A stretch of 64,000 nucleotides of DNA from Syntrophorhabdaceae bacterium (GCA_963665295.1 OY762209.1:704001-768000); one strand, 5' to 3'; shown: positions 21,735 to 32,054, counted from the first letter of the stretch. Program-made: numbers and translations. Notes: generated by a model not told the origin, from the letters alone.

Positions 21735-21752
21735 ATCACCCGAATGGGTGAT
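21735..21752. promoter_or_regulatory. Palindromic operator candidate ATCACCC-GAAT-GGGTGAT
   Basis: Perfect 7-4-7 palindrome between the PAS-LuxR gene end and the methyltransferase start. Confidence 0.5.
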
Positions 21753-21762
21753 AGGGCTACAA

Positions 21763-22449
21763 TTATATGAGGTTACGGGATGCCCACACCGCCGCCTGGG
21801 TCCGGTCGGTAACGCCCAGCTTTGAAAAGATATTCCGCACGTGGGTCTTCACCGTGTCGGGGCTGATGTCGAGAACGCGGGCCGTCTCCTTGTTGGAAAA
21901 ACCCCGTGCCATGAGCTTCAGGACCTCCTCTTCACGGGGGGTGAGGGTAATCTGCCCGCCGGCATCCGCCTCCCTTCCGCCTTCCCCGGCCCCTGCCGCG
22001 TTCAGGTCCCGGAGCGCCTCTTCGAGGGATTCCACATACCGCCTGCGCTGGTTCTCATCCTTTTTCTTGTCGTCGATGGGTATCAGGATTTCAAAAATGT
22101 GCTTGACGAGCCCCTGGGCGTCGAAGACGGGGTAGGCCCGGACTTCCGCATGCCGCCGCTCCTTGTTGGGAAGGTCGAGCCACCGCTCCATGACGCAAGG
22201 CTTTCCCGTGTCGGAAACGATCTTCAAAAGGCAGACCGGACAAGGGGTGTCCCGCCTGCGCCACACCTCGTAGCAGGGTTTTCCGATCATCCGGTCCAGG
22301 GGCTGTTCGACCTTTTCGGCCATAAGCCTGTTTGCCCAGAGGACCGTGTAGTCCTTGTTGAGGAGGTTGACGGCGATATCGGGGGCGTTCTCGAAGACCG
22401 CTTTGAAAAGATTCAATGAAGTGTCAAAAGAAAGAGTGCCCTCTCCCAT
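21763..22449 (-). CDS. PAS + LuxR-type HTH transcriptional regulator
   Basis: PAS with [40 protein letters not shown]. Confidence 0.9.
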   Translation of the reverse strand: MGEGTLSFDTSLNLFKAVFENAPDIAVNLLNKDYTVLWANRLMAEKVEQPLDRMIGKPCYEVWRRRDTPCPVCLLKIVSDTGKPCVMERWLDLPNKERRHAEVRAYPVFDAQGLVKHIFEILIPIDDKKKDENQRRRYVESLEEALRDLNAAGAGEGGREADAGGQITLTPREEEVLKLMARGFSNKETARVLDISPDTVKTHVRNIFSKLGVTDRTQAAVWASRNLI

Positions 22450-22522
22450 CGTTCCCCCCTTCCTCTCACCGGTTTCCTATCCTGCCCGCCCATGGGCGAT
22501 GCAATTCCTGCTCAGGTCCTGC

Positions 22523-23125
22523 TCATTTCTTCCTTTCCCGTGCCATAAGTTCGATCTCGGAGGCAAGTTTCGCTTCGCACTCCGGACAAATGCCGTGGGA
22601 AAACATGACGCCCGAATGATTGCTTATGTATGATTCGATCTGCTCCCAGTAATTCGTGTCGTTTCGTATCTTCTTGCAATAGGAACAAATAGGGAGGAAA
22701 CCCCGCAGTTGTTTGATCTCAGCACTCCGGGCCTTCTCCAAAGCCTCCTGGGCTTCAATCCTTTCAGTCACATCGACGCAACTGCCGATATAGCCCTGAA
22801 ACCTGCCTTCACTGTCGGAGTAAGGCACGCCCCTGTCGAAAATCCAGCGGTAAGCCCCGTCATGCCGGCGAAGCCTGTAGATCATTTCGAAGATCTCCCT
22901 CGCAGCGAAATGTTCCGTGTATATCTTCAGGCATTGATCGAGGTCATCGGGATGGACCCCTTCCACCCAGCCGTTGCAGGTCTCCTGTTCCATTGTTCGC
23001 CCTGTAAAGGCCAGCCATGTCTCATTGAAGTAGTTACACTCCATCGTAACGGAGGAGCGCCAGATCATGATGGGCGCCTTTTCGACAAGTTGCCTGTATT
23101 CCTCATAACTAAGTTCCTCTTTCAC
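22523..23125 (-). CDS. PAS/PAC protein with C-terminal Cys motif
   Basis: VHPDD, YRLRRHDGAYRWI; LPICSYCKKIRND..FSHGICPEC. Confidence 0.85.
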   Translation of the reverse strand: MKEELSYEEYRQLVEKAPIMIWRSSVTMECNYFNETWLAFTGRTMEQETCNGWVEGVHPDDLDQCLKIYTEHFAAREIFEMIYRLRRHDGAYRWIFDRGVPYSDSEGRFQGYIGSCVDVTERIEAQEALEKARSAEIKQLRGFLPICSYCKKIRNDTNYWEQIESYISNHSGVMFSHGICPECEAKLASEIELMARERKK

Positions 23126-23238
23126 CGCCGCCTGCCTTGACCAAGTCTTATGGGCCGCCTGCCTGCCCTCGTCCGCCCTCCGGTTTCATCATAGCATCTC
23201 AGCCGCGCCGATTCAAGACGCCCCGGTAACGGGCAAGG

Positions 23239-24615
23239 CTACCGGGATTTGTCCTTCCCGGTCAGCACCCTTTCGCTCACGGTTTCCAGGCCTTCGTTCC
23301 TGACGCCCACGGGGAAGAGGGCTACGAGGATCATGCAGATGAAGCAGGGGATGGAAAAGACCACAAAGAACAGGCTGAAGCTGAACCCCGCCGTCTGCAC
23401 GAGGCCTCCTATGATGGGCCCTATGATGGAGCCCAGCCTCCCCACCGCGTACGCCCATCCGGCCCCGGTGGAACGGAAGCGGGTGGGATAGATTTCACCG
23501 GCCACCACGTGGAGCGCCGCGGGGACGCCCACCATGAAGACGCCTGTCGCCGCCCCCGCCATATAGAGGGACGCGGCGGAGGTGACAAAGCCGAAGAGTA
23601 TCACCGACAACCCTCCCACGAAAAAGCAGAAGCAGAGTCCCAGTTTCCGTCCGAAGGCGTCCATGAGGCAGCCGAGGAGCACTCCGCCCACTGCGGCCCC
23701 GAAGGCCTGCACAATGCCGTAGCTGTAGCTTTTCACCAGGGACAGCCCCGTATTGGCGAGAAGCGACGGGAGCCAGGTGGAGAGTCCGTAAAGGGCCAGC
23801 ATATTAAAGAGGTAAACGCCCCATATGAGGAGGGTCATAGTCCTGATGCCGGGCCGGAAAAGCTCTTTAAACCCCACATTGGCGAGGGTCCCCGACTGGG
23901 CGAAGCTGTCGTGGGTCCACGTGCAGGGCTCGAAGCAGGCCGCCCTCTCAACCTTTTGCAGTTCATCGATAGCCTCGGGATAGCGCTTCTTTCCCGCGAG
24001 AAAACGGACGGACTCCGGCAGGGTCGCCCTTATTACAGGGAGGAGAAAGAGGGGCAGTACCCCGATGAGGAATACGGCGCGCCACCCGAAACGGGGCACC
24101 ACGGCCATGGAAACGAGGCCCGCCACTACCCATCCCACGGTAAAGCCGCCCCCTACCACGGTGAGAAACCTCGCCCTGATCCTCGAGGGAGCGAACTCGC
24201 CCAGGAGGGTTACGGTGAGGGGAATGGCCCCGCCGATACCCAGACCCGACAGGAATCGGAGGACGCAGAATACCTTGAAGTCGGGGGCGAAATAGGCGGC
24301 CCCGTTGAATACGGAGAATACGGCCACGATAAGCAGGATGGCGTTCTTTCTTCCCAGGCGGTCCGACACCATGCCGAGACCGGCCGCGCCTATCATGAGA
24401 CCCAGGAAGCCGTAGGATATCATGGTCCCCGCTTCCAGGGGCGTAAGGTGCCACTCTTTGAGCGCAAGGGGCAGGATGTAGGCGATAATCTGGGAACTGT
24501 ATCCCGCGAAGATGGTTATCAACGTGCCGAGCACGAGGAGGCGCCCGTGGAACCGGCTGAATTTCAGGTTATCGAGCCATTCAAAAGCGCAGACCGGCCC
24601 ATCTTTTGCCCGCAT
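23239..24615 (-). CDS. MFS transporter, aromatic acid:H+ symporter-like
   Basis: SDRLGRK, EFAPSRIR, LPESVRFL, EIYPTRFRSTG. Confidence 0.9.
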   Translation of the reverse strand: MRAKDGPVCAFEWLDNLKFSRFHGRLLVLGTLITIFAGYSSQIIAYILPLALKEWHLTPLEAGTMISYGFLGLMIGAAGLGMVSDRLGRKNAILLIVAVFSVFNGAAYFAPDFKVFCVLRFLSGLGIGGAIPLTVTLLGEFAPSRIRARFLTVVGGGFTVGWVVAGLVSMAVVPRFGWRAVFLIGVLPLFLLPVIRATLPESVRFLAGKKRYPEAIDELQKVERAACFEPCTWTHDSFAQSGTLANVGFKELFRPGIRTMTLLIWGVYLFNMLALYGLSTWLPSLLANTGLSLVKSYSYGIVQAFGAAVGGVLLGCLMDAFGRKLGLCFCFFVGGLSVILFGFVTSAASLYMAGAATGVFMVGVPAALHVVAGEIYPTRFRSTGAGWAYAVGRLGSIIGPIIGGLVQTAGFSFSLFFVVFSIPCFICMILVALFPVGVRNEGLETVSERVLTGKDKSR

Positions 24616-24633
24616 AGCCGCGGCTCCCCGCCC

Positions 24634-26835
24634 CTACTCGCCCGCCCCTTGACCGGACCCGGCTATGCTGGTGAAGACGGCGGTGACGGTATAGGCCTTC
24701 TCCATGGGAATGGTACAGCCTCCTGTCCCCGGACAGAGGGTGGCGGGTTTCCAGCCGGAGAAGACGGAGCCTGTATCGGCGGTTGGGTGAAGGGTGACGG
24801 AACTGTGGAGAGGGAAGAGCCCGGAAGCGCTCTTGCAGGTCGAGCCGCAGTCAATGCCGACGGGGCTGCTATCGACCGTCCCGGAGCCGCCTTTGACCGC
24901 CTGTTTCTTCACGGTCAGTTTCTGAGGCCCCACGAAGACGGCCTGGATGGATTTCGCCTTGTCGGTGACGACCGTGCAATCTCCTGTCCCCGGACAGAGG
25001 GTGGCGGGTTTCCAGCCGGAGAAGACGGAGCCTGTATCGGCGGTTGGGTGAAGGGTGACCGAAGTCTGGAAGGAGTAAGGCCAGACGGCCTTGGCGCAGC
25101 CCGTGCCGCAGTCTATGCCGACGGGCGAGCTTACCACTCTCCCGTCGCCTTTATCCTTGTTCTGCTTCGATACGGTCAGTTTCTGAGGCCCCACGAAGAC
25201 GGCCTGGATGGATTTCGCTTTATCCATAACCACCGGACAATCCCCTGTCCCCGGACAGAGGGTGGCGGGTTTCCAGCCGGAGAAGACGGAGCCTGTCTTT
25301 GCCGTGGCGGAAAGGGTCACAGGAGTATCCCTGTAATATGAGTTCTTGCATGTCGCGCCGCCGGGCCCGCAATTGACGGTCTGGTCGTGGCTCTGTATCG
25401 TTCCGTCTCCCCCGTTCACTTTGGACCTCGACACGGTAAGGACGACCCGTTTCGTCGTGCTCGGGACAAAGGTCGCACGGACCGTGAGGTCTCCGGTGAC
25501 CGTGACCTTGCATGACGAGAGCGTGCCCTCGCATGCCCCCGACCAGTAATCGAAGGCGTAACCGCTTCCCGTGCTCGCCGTGAGGGTAACCTCCTGACCG
25601 CACGCGAAGCTGTGGCTCGCCGTGATGCAGCCGTCCCCGCAGGAGATGCCTGCCGGGTCGCTCGCGACGGTTCCCATGCCGCTCCCCGCCTTTGTCACGG
25701 TCAGGCTGCACGGGGGGAAAGTGGTAAAGTATGGAGCGTTTTGAGCCTTGTAGGCAACCAGGGTGTTTTTCGCGTTGGTGTTATACGCGAGGGCAAGGTC
25801 CCTCTGCACGGAAGGATTCACTATGGAAAACGAGGCGCCGTAGTTGGTTCCGTCGCTGTTCACTTCCTGGCCGTATATCCCCCCGCTATACCATGCCGTG
25901 AAGAACCTTCCGTTGCCGCTCTGATAAACCACGTCATTGGCAAAATCAACGGTCCAGGAAGGGACAATCACCTGATACGAACCGTTTAAGGTGCCGTCTG
26001 CGTTTACCAACTGACCCCACAGCTGATGGCCCGTGCCGCCGTAGACTTCCCAGATTACGAGAAACCTGGAGTTTACGGGGTCAAAAGCGATTGCGGGCGG
26101 GTAGAGATAGGCGCTCGAATCAAGGATCGTGAAGGGGCTCTTGAACACGGCCATATCGTCCGTTATGATGGTCCCCACCATGCTCATGGGAGGGTAAGAA
26201 CCACCATGGGTGAGGGCGGCGATAAGGAAGCGATGGTTGACGCTGTCATAGGCTATACCGGGAGTCTCCGCATAGCTTGCCCCGGGAATAGCAGTAAAAC
26301 TCTCTCCGTACAATGCCCCGTCGCCGTCTACAAACCGGCCCATCACGTTTATGGGCGATCCCTGTCCGAACACCACCAGGTATCTGCCGCTTGAAGGAGA
26401 GTATGCAATCTTGACGGTGGTCTGGTTGTCCGTGCTGTCCGTAATGGCTATCTCATCACCTGCAAGGGAGCCGTCGGATGACAGGATCCTCCCCCTTACG
26501 ACGAAATCTCCCACACCCGCGTTATATTCGGTCCAGGCCACGAGAAACCTGTCAAGCACCGTGTCATAGGCAACCGCGGGGTTGCTCGCGGAGGTGCTGG
26601 TTGTCACCTTAACGGCGCTTCCCACCGGGGTCGAGGAGGCGTCCACAAGACGGCACTCTATGCCGGTGTATTGCGTCTCCGAAGGGTCCAGGAGATTGTA
26701 TGCAGTCATGTACTGGTTATTTTTCGAGCCATACGAAGAAGCCATCGTATTGTAATAGGCATGAACCACCGGGACGAACGCGGCGAAGACCATGAACAGC
26801 GCCATAACTGCAAGAATCCTGTATATTCTCCTCAT
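24634..26835 (-). CDS. Secreted protein: N-terminal propeller-like repeats + four InlB B-repeat-like domains
   Basis: Signal peptide; AYDxxxxRFLV repeats; LTVxK..GxGTVxSxPxGIxCG and GSVFSGW units. Confidence 0.8.
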   Translation of the reverse strand: MRRIYRILAVMALFMVFAAFVPVVHAYYNTMASSYGSKNNQYMTAYNLLDPSETQYTGIECRLVDASSTPVGSAVKVTTSTSASNPAVAYDTVLDRFLVAWTEYNAGVGDFVVRGRILSSDGSLAGDEIAITDSTDNQTTVKIAYSPSSGRYLVVFGQGSPINVMGRFVDGDGALYGESFTAIPGASYAETPGIAYDSVNHRFLIAALTHGGSYPPMSMVGTIITDDMAVFKSPFTILDSSAYLYPPAIAFDPVNSRFLVIWEVYGGTGHQLWGQLVNADGTLNGSYQVIVPSWTVDFANDVVYQSGNGRFFTAWYSGGIYGQEVNSDGTNYGASFSIVNPSVQRDLALAYNTNAKNTLVAYKAQNAPYFTTFPPCSLTVTKAGSGMGTVASDPAGISCGDGCITASHSFACGQEVTLTASTGSGYAFDYWSGACEGTLSSCKVTVTGDLTVRATFVPSTTKRVVLTVSRSKVNGGDGTIQSHDQTVNCGPGGATCKNSYYRDTPVTLSATAKTGSVFSGWKPATLCPGTGDCPVVMDKAKSIQAVFVGPQKLTVSKQNKDKGDGRVVSSPVGIDCGTGCAKAVWPYSFQTSVTLHPTADTGSVFSGWKPATLCPGTGDCTVVTDKAKSIQAVFVGPQKLTVKKQAVKGGSGTVDSSPVGIDCGSTCKSASGLFPLHSSVTLHPTADTGSVFSGWKPATLCPGTGGCTIPMEKAYTVTAVFTSIAGSGQGAGE
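24721..25296. repeat. Near-identical intragenic repeats with 261-bp period
   Basis: cctgtccccggacagagggtggcgggtttccagccggagaagacggagcctgt at 24722, 24983 and 25244. Confidence 0.9.
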
Positions 26836-26975
26836 AAACCCTCCCTTTCCTTTTCTCCTTCATCCCAAAATGATTCTACGAAATCCGACTAAGCTTGTAA
26901 ACAACTTTTGGGGTCAGGGTTTAAAAGTGGGGGGAAACCTGCTATAATAGGTGGTCCTTCGGGGCAGGAAAGAAG

Positions 26976-27695
26976 ATGAAAGACCATGGCGACGCCCATA
27001 TGACCGACGATACCTTACACGACCGGGGATACTCCGTCTGGTTCGTGCTGGTGGTCGCGGTGTTCGTCACGTGCCTTATGACCGCGAATATTATCGCCGC
27101 AAAACTGATCTCCGTCTTCGGCATGGTCCTGCCCGCGGCCATCGTCATATTCCCCCTGAGCTACGTCTTCGGCGACGTGCTCACCGAGGTGTACGGGTAC
27201 CGCAGGGCGAGGCGGGTGATCTGGCTCGGCTTCCTCTGCAACCTCATCCTCGTGGCCGCCGTATGGGTGAGCGGCATGCTGCCTCCCGCGCCCTTCTGGG
27301 ACGGACAGGCCGCATATGAGCGCATCCTCGGCTGTACCCCGCGCATTCTCGGGGCGTCCTTCGTCGCGTACCTCGTGGGGGAATTCGCCAATTCCCTCGT
27401 TCTCGCAAAGATGAAAATCGCCACCAAAGGCCGCTGGCTCTGGATGCGGACCATCGGGTCCACTGTCGTGGGAGAAGGACTCGATTCCCTCGTCTTCATG
27501 ACCCTCGCCTTCCTGGGACACATGCCCGGCCCTGTGCTCGCCTCCGCCATAATGAGCCAGTGGTTGGTAAAATCGATCTATGAGGCGGCCATCACACCCA
27601 TTACCTATAAGGTCGTCTATTTCCTGAAAGAGAAGGAAGGTATCGATACGTACGACTACGATACCCGCTTCAACCCCCTTCTCCTTACCGAATAG
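26976..27695 (+). CDS. yhhQ: Queuosine precursor transporter (YhhQ/VUT family)
   Basis: FPLSYVFGDVLTEVYG, PRILGASFVAYLVGE, RTIGSTVVGEGLDS; adjacent to queC. Confidence 0.88.
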   Translation: MKDHGDAHMTDDTLHDRGYSVWFVLVVAVFVTCLMTANIIAAKLISVFGMVLPAAIVIFPLSYVFGDVLTEVYGYRRARRVIWLGFLCNLILVAAVWVSGMLPPAPFWDGQAAYERILGCTPRILGASFVAYLVGEFANSLVLAKMKIATKGRWLWMRTIGSTVVGEGLDSLVFMTLAFLGHMPGPVLASAIMSQWLVKSIYEAAITPITYKVVYFLKEKEGIDTYDYDTRFNPLLLTE

Positions 27696-27704
27696 GAGGA
27701 CTTT

Positions 27705-28409
27705 ATGGACGCCACCCTCGGCAAAGCCGCACAATGCCTCGTGATCCTGAGCGGAGGACAGGACTCAACCACCTGCCTCTATTGGGCTAAAGAACATTTC
27801 AAAGAGGTTTATACCCTCGCCTTCGATTATGGGCAGCGCCACCTGGTGGAGCTCAAATCGGCAGAGGCCGTCGCCCGTCTCGCCGGCGTAAAGGACCACG
27901 ATACCGTCAACATCAGGGGAATGATGGAAAGCACCAGTCCCCTTATCGATACGACCCGTCCCGTGGGCACCTATGGAGGCGTCGGGGAGCTTCCCGGCGG
28001 CATCGAGCCCACATTCATCCCCTGCCGGAATATCCTTTTCCTCACCATCGCCGCGAACCGCGCCGTGGTGAAGGGCATAAAGGACCTCGTCATAGGCGTG
28101 TCCGCCGTCGATTACGGAGGTTACCCCGACTGCCGTCCCGGGTTCATCAGGGGCATGCAGGAATCGTTAAGGGAAGGTCTCGAAATGGATATCACCATCC
28201 ACGCCCCCCTCATCACCCTGAGCAAGAAGGATGCGGTCCTTCTGGCCCTCACCCTGCCCGGGTGCATGGACGCATTGGCTCTGAGCCATACCTGCTACCA
28301 GGGCTCCCGCCCGCCGTGCGGCAAGTGCCACGCGTGCCTCCTCCGGGCGAAGGGCTTTCAGGAAGCGGGAGTGGAGGACCCCTTGATACGGTCCTTCAAC
28401 AAGGCGTAA
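27705..28409 (+). CDS. queC: 7-cyano-7-deazaguanine synthase
   Basis: LSGGQDSTT, FDYGQRH, PCRNILFL, GYPDCRP, TCY..PCGKCHACLLR. Confidence 0.95.
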   Translation: MDATLGKAAQCLVILSGGQDSTTCLYWAKEHFKEVYTLAFDYGQRHLVELKSAEAVARLAGVKDHDTVNIRGMMESTSPLIDTTRPVGTYGGVGELPGGIEPTFIPCRNILFLTIAANRAVVKGIKDLVIGVSAVDYGGYPDCRPGFIRGMQESLREGLEMDITIHAPLITLSKKDAVLLALTLPGCMDALALSHTCYQGSRPPCGKCHACLLRAKGFQEAGVEDPLIRSFNKA

Positions 28410-28687
28410 AGATCATCCGCAGCCCGGTCCCGGTCGAGGGAACCGTCATTCATGCCTTTCTCGTAAAGGGCGACGAATTCCCCGAGAGAGCCTTCAGCCT
28501 TCGCCCAGGCCCAGAGCTTGGTGAAATCCTCCGGAATGGAGAAATCGTTGCTTCCGAGGATAAAATTATGGCACTTTTCACAGACATAGGCTATGAGCGA
28601 ATAGGTCATGAGCGGCTTTTCAGGGTCATAGACATGCCAGCACGCGCCCATCGCCTCCGTAAGAAATCTGTCCCGTTGTTCCTTCAA
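28358..28687 (-). CDS. Hypothetical protein (CWH..CxxC)
   Basis: RBS aaggagg before a TTG start; follows the phosphatase gene. Confidence 0.55.
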   Translation of the reverse strand: MKEQRDRFLTEAMGACWHVYDPEKPLMTYSLIAYVCEKCHNFILGSNDFSIPEDFTKLWAWAKAEGSLGEFVALYEKGMNDGSLDRDRAADDLYALLKDRIKGSSTPAS

Positions 28688-28704
28688 TCAGAGCCTCCTT
28701 CGTA

Positions 28705-29337
28705 TCAAAAATCCTTGTAAACCCCAGGCGTGTCCGGCCCTTTCAGGTGGCACGTATCGTTGATGTAATGGAATACGTTCCCGTTGCCCTTTACCTCCAC
28801 GAGGGTTATGGAACAAGGGTCGCACCTCATGGTCCAGAAAAGGTTGTCCGGTGCTCCAAGAAGAGCGAGGGTAAGCACCTTGCAGACGACCCTGTGGCTC
28901 ACGATGACCAGATCGCCCTCCGTTGCCGCCATGGCGCTCTTAAGCCCCTTCCTGATCCTCCCCCTCACCTCACGGAGTGTCTCGCCCCCTTGGAGGCGCA
29001 GCTTCTGGGGCGCTTTTTCCCATGTCTCGTATGCCTCCGGCAGAAGGCTTCGGGCCTCGTCCACCGTAAGACCCTCCCACACGCCGAAGCTCATGTCGGT
29101 GAATTCCTCCGCCGCCATAACAGGACATCCCGTCACCCGGCCTATAGGCTCCGCCGTCTCACGGGCCCTCGCCAGGGGGCTTGAAACCACGCGCCCTATG
29201 GGCACGCTGTGAAAGGCCGCCCCTGTCTTCTCCGCCTGGGCGCGCCCCTTGCCATTCAAGGGAAGGTCGATCCTGCCACGGAAGACCGCCTCCCTGTTCC
29301 ATTCCGTTTCACCGTGCCTCACGAGATATATGCGCAT
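28705..29337 (-). CDS. Histidine phosphatase family protein
   Basis: LVRHGETEWN, SSPLARARETA, GGET, VSH. Confidence 0.92.
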   Translation of the reverse strand: MRIYLVRHGETEWNREAVFRGRIDLPLNGKGRAQAEKTGAAFHSVPIGRVVSSPLARARETAEPIGRVTGCPVMAAEEFTDMSFGVWEGLTVDEARSLLPEAYETWEKAPQKLRLQGGETLREVRGRIRKGLKSAMAATEGDLVIVSHRVVCKVLTLALLGAPDNLFWTMRCDPCSITLVEVKGNGNVFHYINDTCHLKGPDTPGVYKDF

Positions 29338-29355
29338 AATCGGGGAATTCCTTTA

Positions 29356-30936
29356 TCAGATATGACGAAAAGCGTTCCTGATCGTCTCCTCCCTCACAGG
29401 ACGGGTCGAAAGGGAGACCACATAAAAGACGATGAAGGCTATGGGTAGGGCGATCACCTGGGGATCGATCATGGACCACGGGAGGCCGAGAAGGGTATCA
29501 CAGCCAAAGAGCGCCTTGCTGAGGCCTATGGTCTTTGCCTCATTCTCGTGAACGAGGAGCATCCAGATGAGGGAACAAAAGAAACCGCAAAGAATACTCG
29601 CTTTTGCCGCCGCCTTGGTGCCCCTCTTCCAGTAGAGGGCGAAGAGGTAGGCGGGAATGAAAGTGGAGCCGCACAGGCTGAAGAAGAGGGCCGTTGCCAT
29701 GGCAATGCTCCCTTCCGGCAATATGAGCCCGAAGAAAAGGGTGGTGAAGATGCTGAATACGATGCCGAGCCTCGTGACGATCGTCGTTTCCGCCACCGAT
29801 TTCCCCTTGAGGAGGGCCTGTTCGAAGATGTCCCTGCTCAAAGATGTGCCGAGGGTATGAAACTGGCTGCTGTTCGCGCTCATGGCCGAGGCCATGAGGG
29901 TCACCAGGAAGAGGGCGACGAACCACGGGGGATAAAACCTCTCGATATAGAGAGGTATAATCTTGTCCACGTTCCCCTGTACCTCCTGGATGGCCAGTCC
30001 AAGGTAATTATTGTAGAAAAAGACGTTCGTGAGAGGCCCCACCATGAACGCGATCCCCGTGGTGAGGAGGATGAAGAGAGCGGTGAAGGGAATCGACCGG
30101 TTCAGCTCCCTGTCCGTCTTGAGGGTCATGAACCGAATATTGAGCTGGGGCTGTCCTATTACCCCGACCCCCACGCCCATGACCATGGTGGTAATGATAT
30201 ACCACCACAGGGGCGAGGCAAACTCAGGCATGGCGGTAAACCCCCGGTGGCCCGCTTCTTTAAGAAGCTCCGGCACGAGGGGCGCGAGGCTCGTCAGGGA
30301 CTTGTGGCCCATCATGACCCCTCCCGAGGCCGCATAGGTAGTGACACCGATCACCGCCATGACCACGATCATGATGATGCCCTGGAAGGCCGAAGTATAG
30401 AGGACCCCCTTGAGACCTCCCCATATGACGTAACATGCCGTAACGAGAAGAAATACCAGGTATGCCGTGGCGAAGGGCACGTTGAGATAGACCTCCATGA
30501 ACCGCGCAATGGCAATGAGGATGGCGGAGCTGTAGAGGGGCATGAAAATAAGAATGACAAGGGCGGAGAATCCTTGGACAAAACGCGACTCGTAGCGCCT
30601 CCCAAGCAGCTCGGGAAAGGTATGGGCATCCAGGGACTTGCCCATCTTCCTCGTCCTCTTTCCGAAGACGACGAAGGCCACGAAGACCCCAATCATGATG
30701 TTGAGAAAGGCGAGCCACATCATGTCGAAGCCGTAAAGGGCGCTCACCCCGCCGAAGCCTATGATGGCGGAGGTGCTTATGTAGGTGGAACCGTAACTCA
30801 GGGCCATGGTCACAGGGTGGACGGTCCTCCCCGCGAGAAGGTAATCGGACACCGTCGTGGTCCGCCTGTATCCCACGTAACTCAGGTAGATGGTGATTGC
30901 GAGGTAGAGGACGGTGAAGGTAATGAGGTAGGCCAT
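29356..30936 (-). CDS. Sodium:solute symporter
   Basis: DYLLAGR, STSAIIGFGG, GQPQLNIRF, ASAMS; many TMs. Confidence 0.9.
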   Translation of the reverse strand: MAYLITFTVLYLAITIYLSYVGYRRTTTVSDYLLAGRTVHPVTMALSYGSTYISTSAIIGFGGVSALYGFDMMWLAFLNIMIGVFVAFVVFGKRTRKMGKSLDAHTFPELLGRRYESRFVQGFSALVILIFMPLYSSAILIAIARFMEVYLNVPFATAYLVFLLVTACYVIWGGLKGVLYTSAFQGIIMIVVMAVIGVTTYAASGGVMMGHKSLTSLAPLVPELLKEAGHRGFTAMPEFASPLWWYIITTMVMGVGVGVIGQPQLNIRFMTLKTDRELNRSIPFTALFILLTTGIAFMVGPLTNVFFYNNYLGLAIQEVQGNVDKIIPLYIERFYPPWFVALFLVTLMASAMSANSSQFHTLGTSLSRDIFEQALLKGKSVAETTIVTRLGIVFSIFTTLFFGLILPEGSIAMATALFFSLCGSTFIPAYLFALYWKRGTKAAAKASILCGFFCSLIWMLLVHENEAKTIGLSKALFGCDTLLGLPWSMIDPQVIALPIAFIVFYVVSLSTRPVREETIRNAFRHI

Positions 30937-30939
30937 GGG

Positions 30940-31122
30940 TTAAGGCAGCTTCTCGATCAATTCGATTTCCTCTTTCTCCCAGCGGATCTCTTCCCTGTAG
31001 TCCCCTTCCTTTTCCTCGGTCCCCTTGTGCCAGCAGGCGATGCCGTAGGCAAGGCAGAAAAGCACCGAGCAAATGGTGAGAACATATCCCAGGGTTGTCC
31101 AGATATCCGCGAATCCAAGCAT
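30940..31122 (-). CDS. Small symporter accessory membrane protein
   Basis: MLG...YVLTICSVLFCLAYG..W; single TM directly upstream of the SSS gene. Confidence 0.75.
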   Translation of the reverse strand: MLGFADIWTTLGYVLTICSVLFCLAYGIACWHKGTEEKEGDYREEIRWEKEEIELIEKLP

Positions 31123-31236
31123 TGAGGTTGAATACACTTTATTGTTTTTGTTGCGGACTTGTCAATGCAAATTGCAGGGGTGATGCGCGGGAGAGCGGAT
31201 ACGGAGAGGGGGCCGTGACTTAAGCCCCCTTCGTGG

Positions 31237-31494
31237 CTAATTCGCCGCAGCGCTGGAAGCCTTCTTCTTTGCCTTCTTGCTCTTTTTCGCCTTCTTTGCT
31301 TTCTTCTTCGACTTCTTTGCCTTCTTGACAGTTTTTTCCGGGGCCGCCGTGTCCGAAGCGGTTACCTTCGCGGGCTCCGCCGCCGGAGCAGCAGCCGGAG
31401 CAGCCGGTGCCGCCTTCTCCTGAGTAAATCCTGCTGACGCGAAAACTACGGTAATAAGTATTGCAACGATAAAAACAAGTGCCTTCTTCATCAT
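31237..31494 (-). CDS. Small exported Ala/Pro- and Lys-rich protein
   Basis: RBS ggaggtg; signal peptide; APAAPA linker; KKAKK repeats. Confidence 0.75.
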   Translation of the reverse strand: MMKKALVFIVAILITVVFASAGFTQEKAAPAAPAAAPAAEPAKVTASDTAAPEKTVKKAKKSKKKAKKAKKSKKAKKKASSAAAN

Positions 31495-31673
31495 GTCACC
31501 TCCTCTCTTTTTTTAGACATTATAGCAGATTGTAAGCATAAGTACAGTCAAGAGTGTAGAAACAACCGAATCATCTATGAGCCCGATAGCGCCCGGGCTA
31601 TCGTCTGAGTCTTCACCATCAAACATGGAAGATTGCGTCTATTGACGCACGCCGCTCCCGACTGCCGACTGCC

Positions 31674-31895
31674 TCACTTCACGCTGTCCTTGGGCGGGCG
31701 GGCCATCCCCCTCATCACCATAAGCACGATGATCGCCCCTACTATGACGCCCGCGAAAGTGGAGAGGAAAATCGCCAGGGCCAGGGACGCCTCCGTTTTC
31801 CAGAAAAGGAAGGAAAGAGCCACGGGCGCTGCGTTCTGAACCGAGAATATGGTGACCAGACCTACGATAATTACGACGAGTATTACGGTGACCAT
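31674..31895 (-). CDS. LapA/DUF1049-like small membrane protein
   Basis: IFSVQNAAPVALSFLFW motif; RBS aaggagg. Confidence 0.75.
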   Translation of the reverse strand: MVTVILVVIIVGLVTIFSVQNAAPVALSFLFWKTEASLALAIFLSTFAGVIVGAIIVLMVMRGMARPPKDSVK

Positions 31896-32013
31896 CCGTC
31901 CTCCTTTATGGCGGCGAAAGCAAAGGGCAAACCGGGGCCCTCGCTGTACCATAAATATAAGTATACACCATGGCGGGCTCAAAACCTTTGAGGAAATATT
32001 TCGGGGGAAGTGG

Positions 32014-32045
32014 AAAAAAAGAAAGGGGCCCGAAGGCCCCTTTTT
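32014..32045. terminator. Rho-independent terminator, potentially bidirectional
   Basis: aaaaaaagaaaggggcc-cgaa-ggccccttttt just downstream of the SSS gene. Confidence 0.75.
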
Positions 32046-32054
32046 GATTCATGT

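Noticed and set aside
24721..25296. Regularly spaced repeats as a possible CRISPR array
   Set aside because: In-frame protein domain repeats with a 261-nt period; no cas genes
23509..25341. Long ORFs of 500-650 aa here and at 29548-31125, 34661-36628, 37651-39219 and 43037-44536
   Set aside because: Antisense shadows of well-supported genes in GC-rich DNA
26880..26975. Expected preQ1 riboswitch upstream of yhhQ-queC
   Set aside because: No recognisable preQ1 stem-loop with an A-rich tail
27705..28409. queC as part of a Dpd or QatABCD defence system
   Set aside because: Canonical QueC paired with a queuosine precursor transporter; no dpd or qat partners
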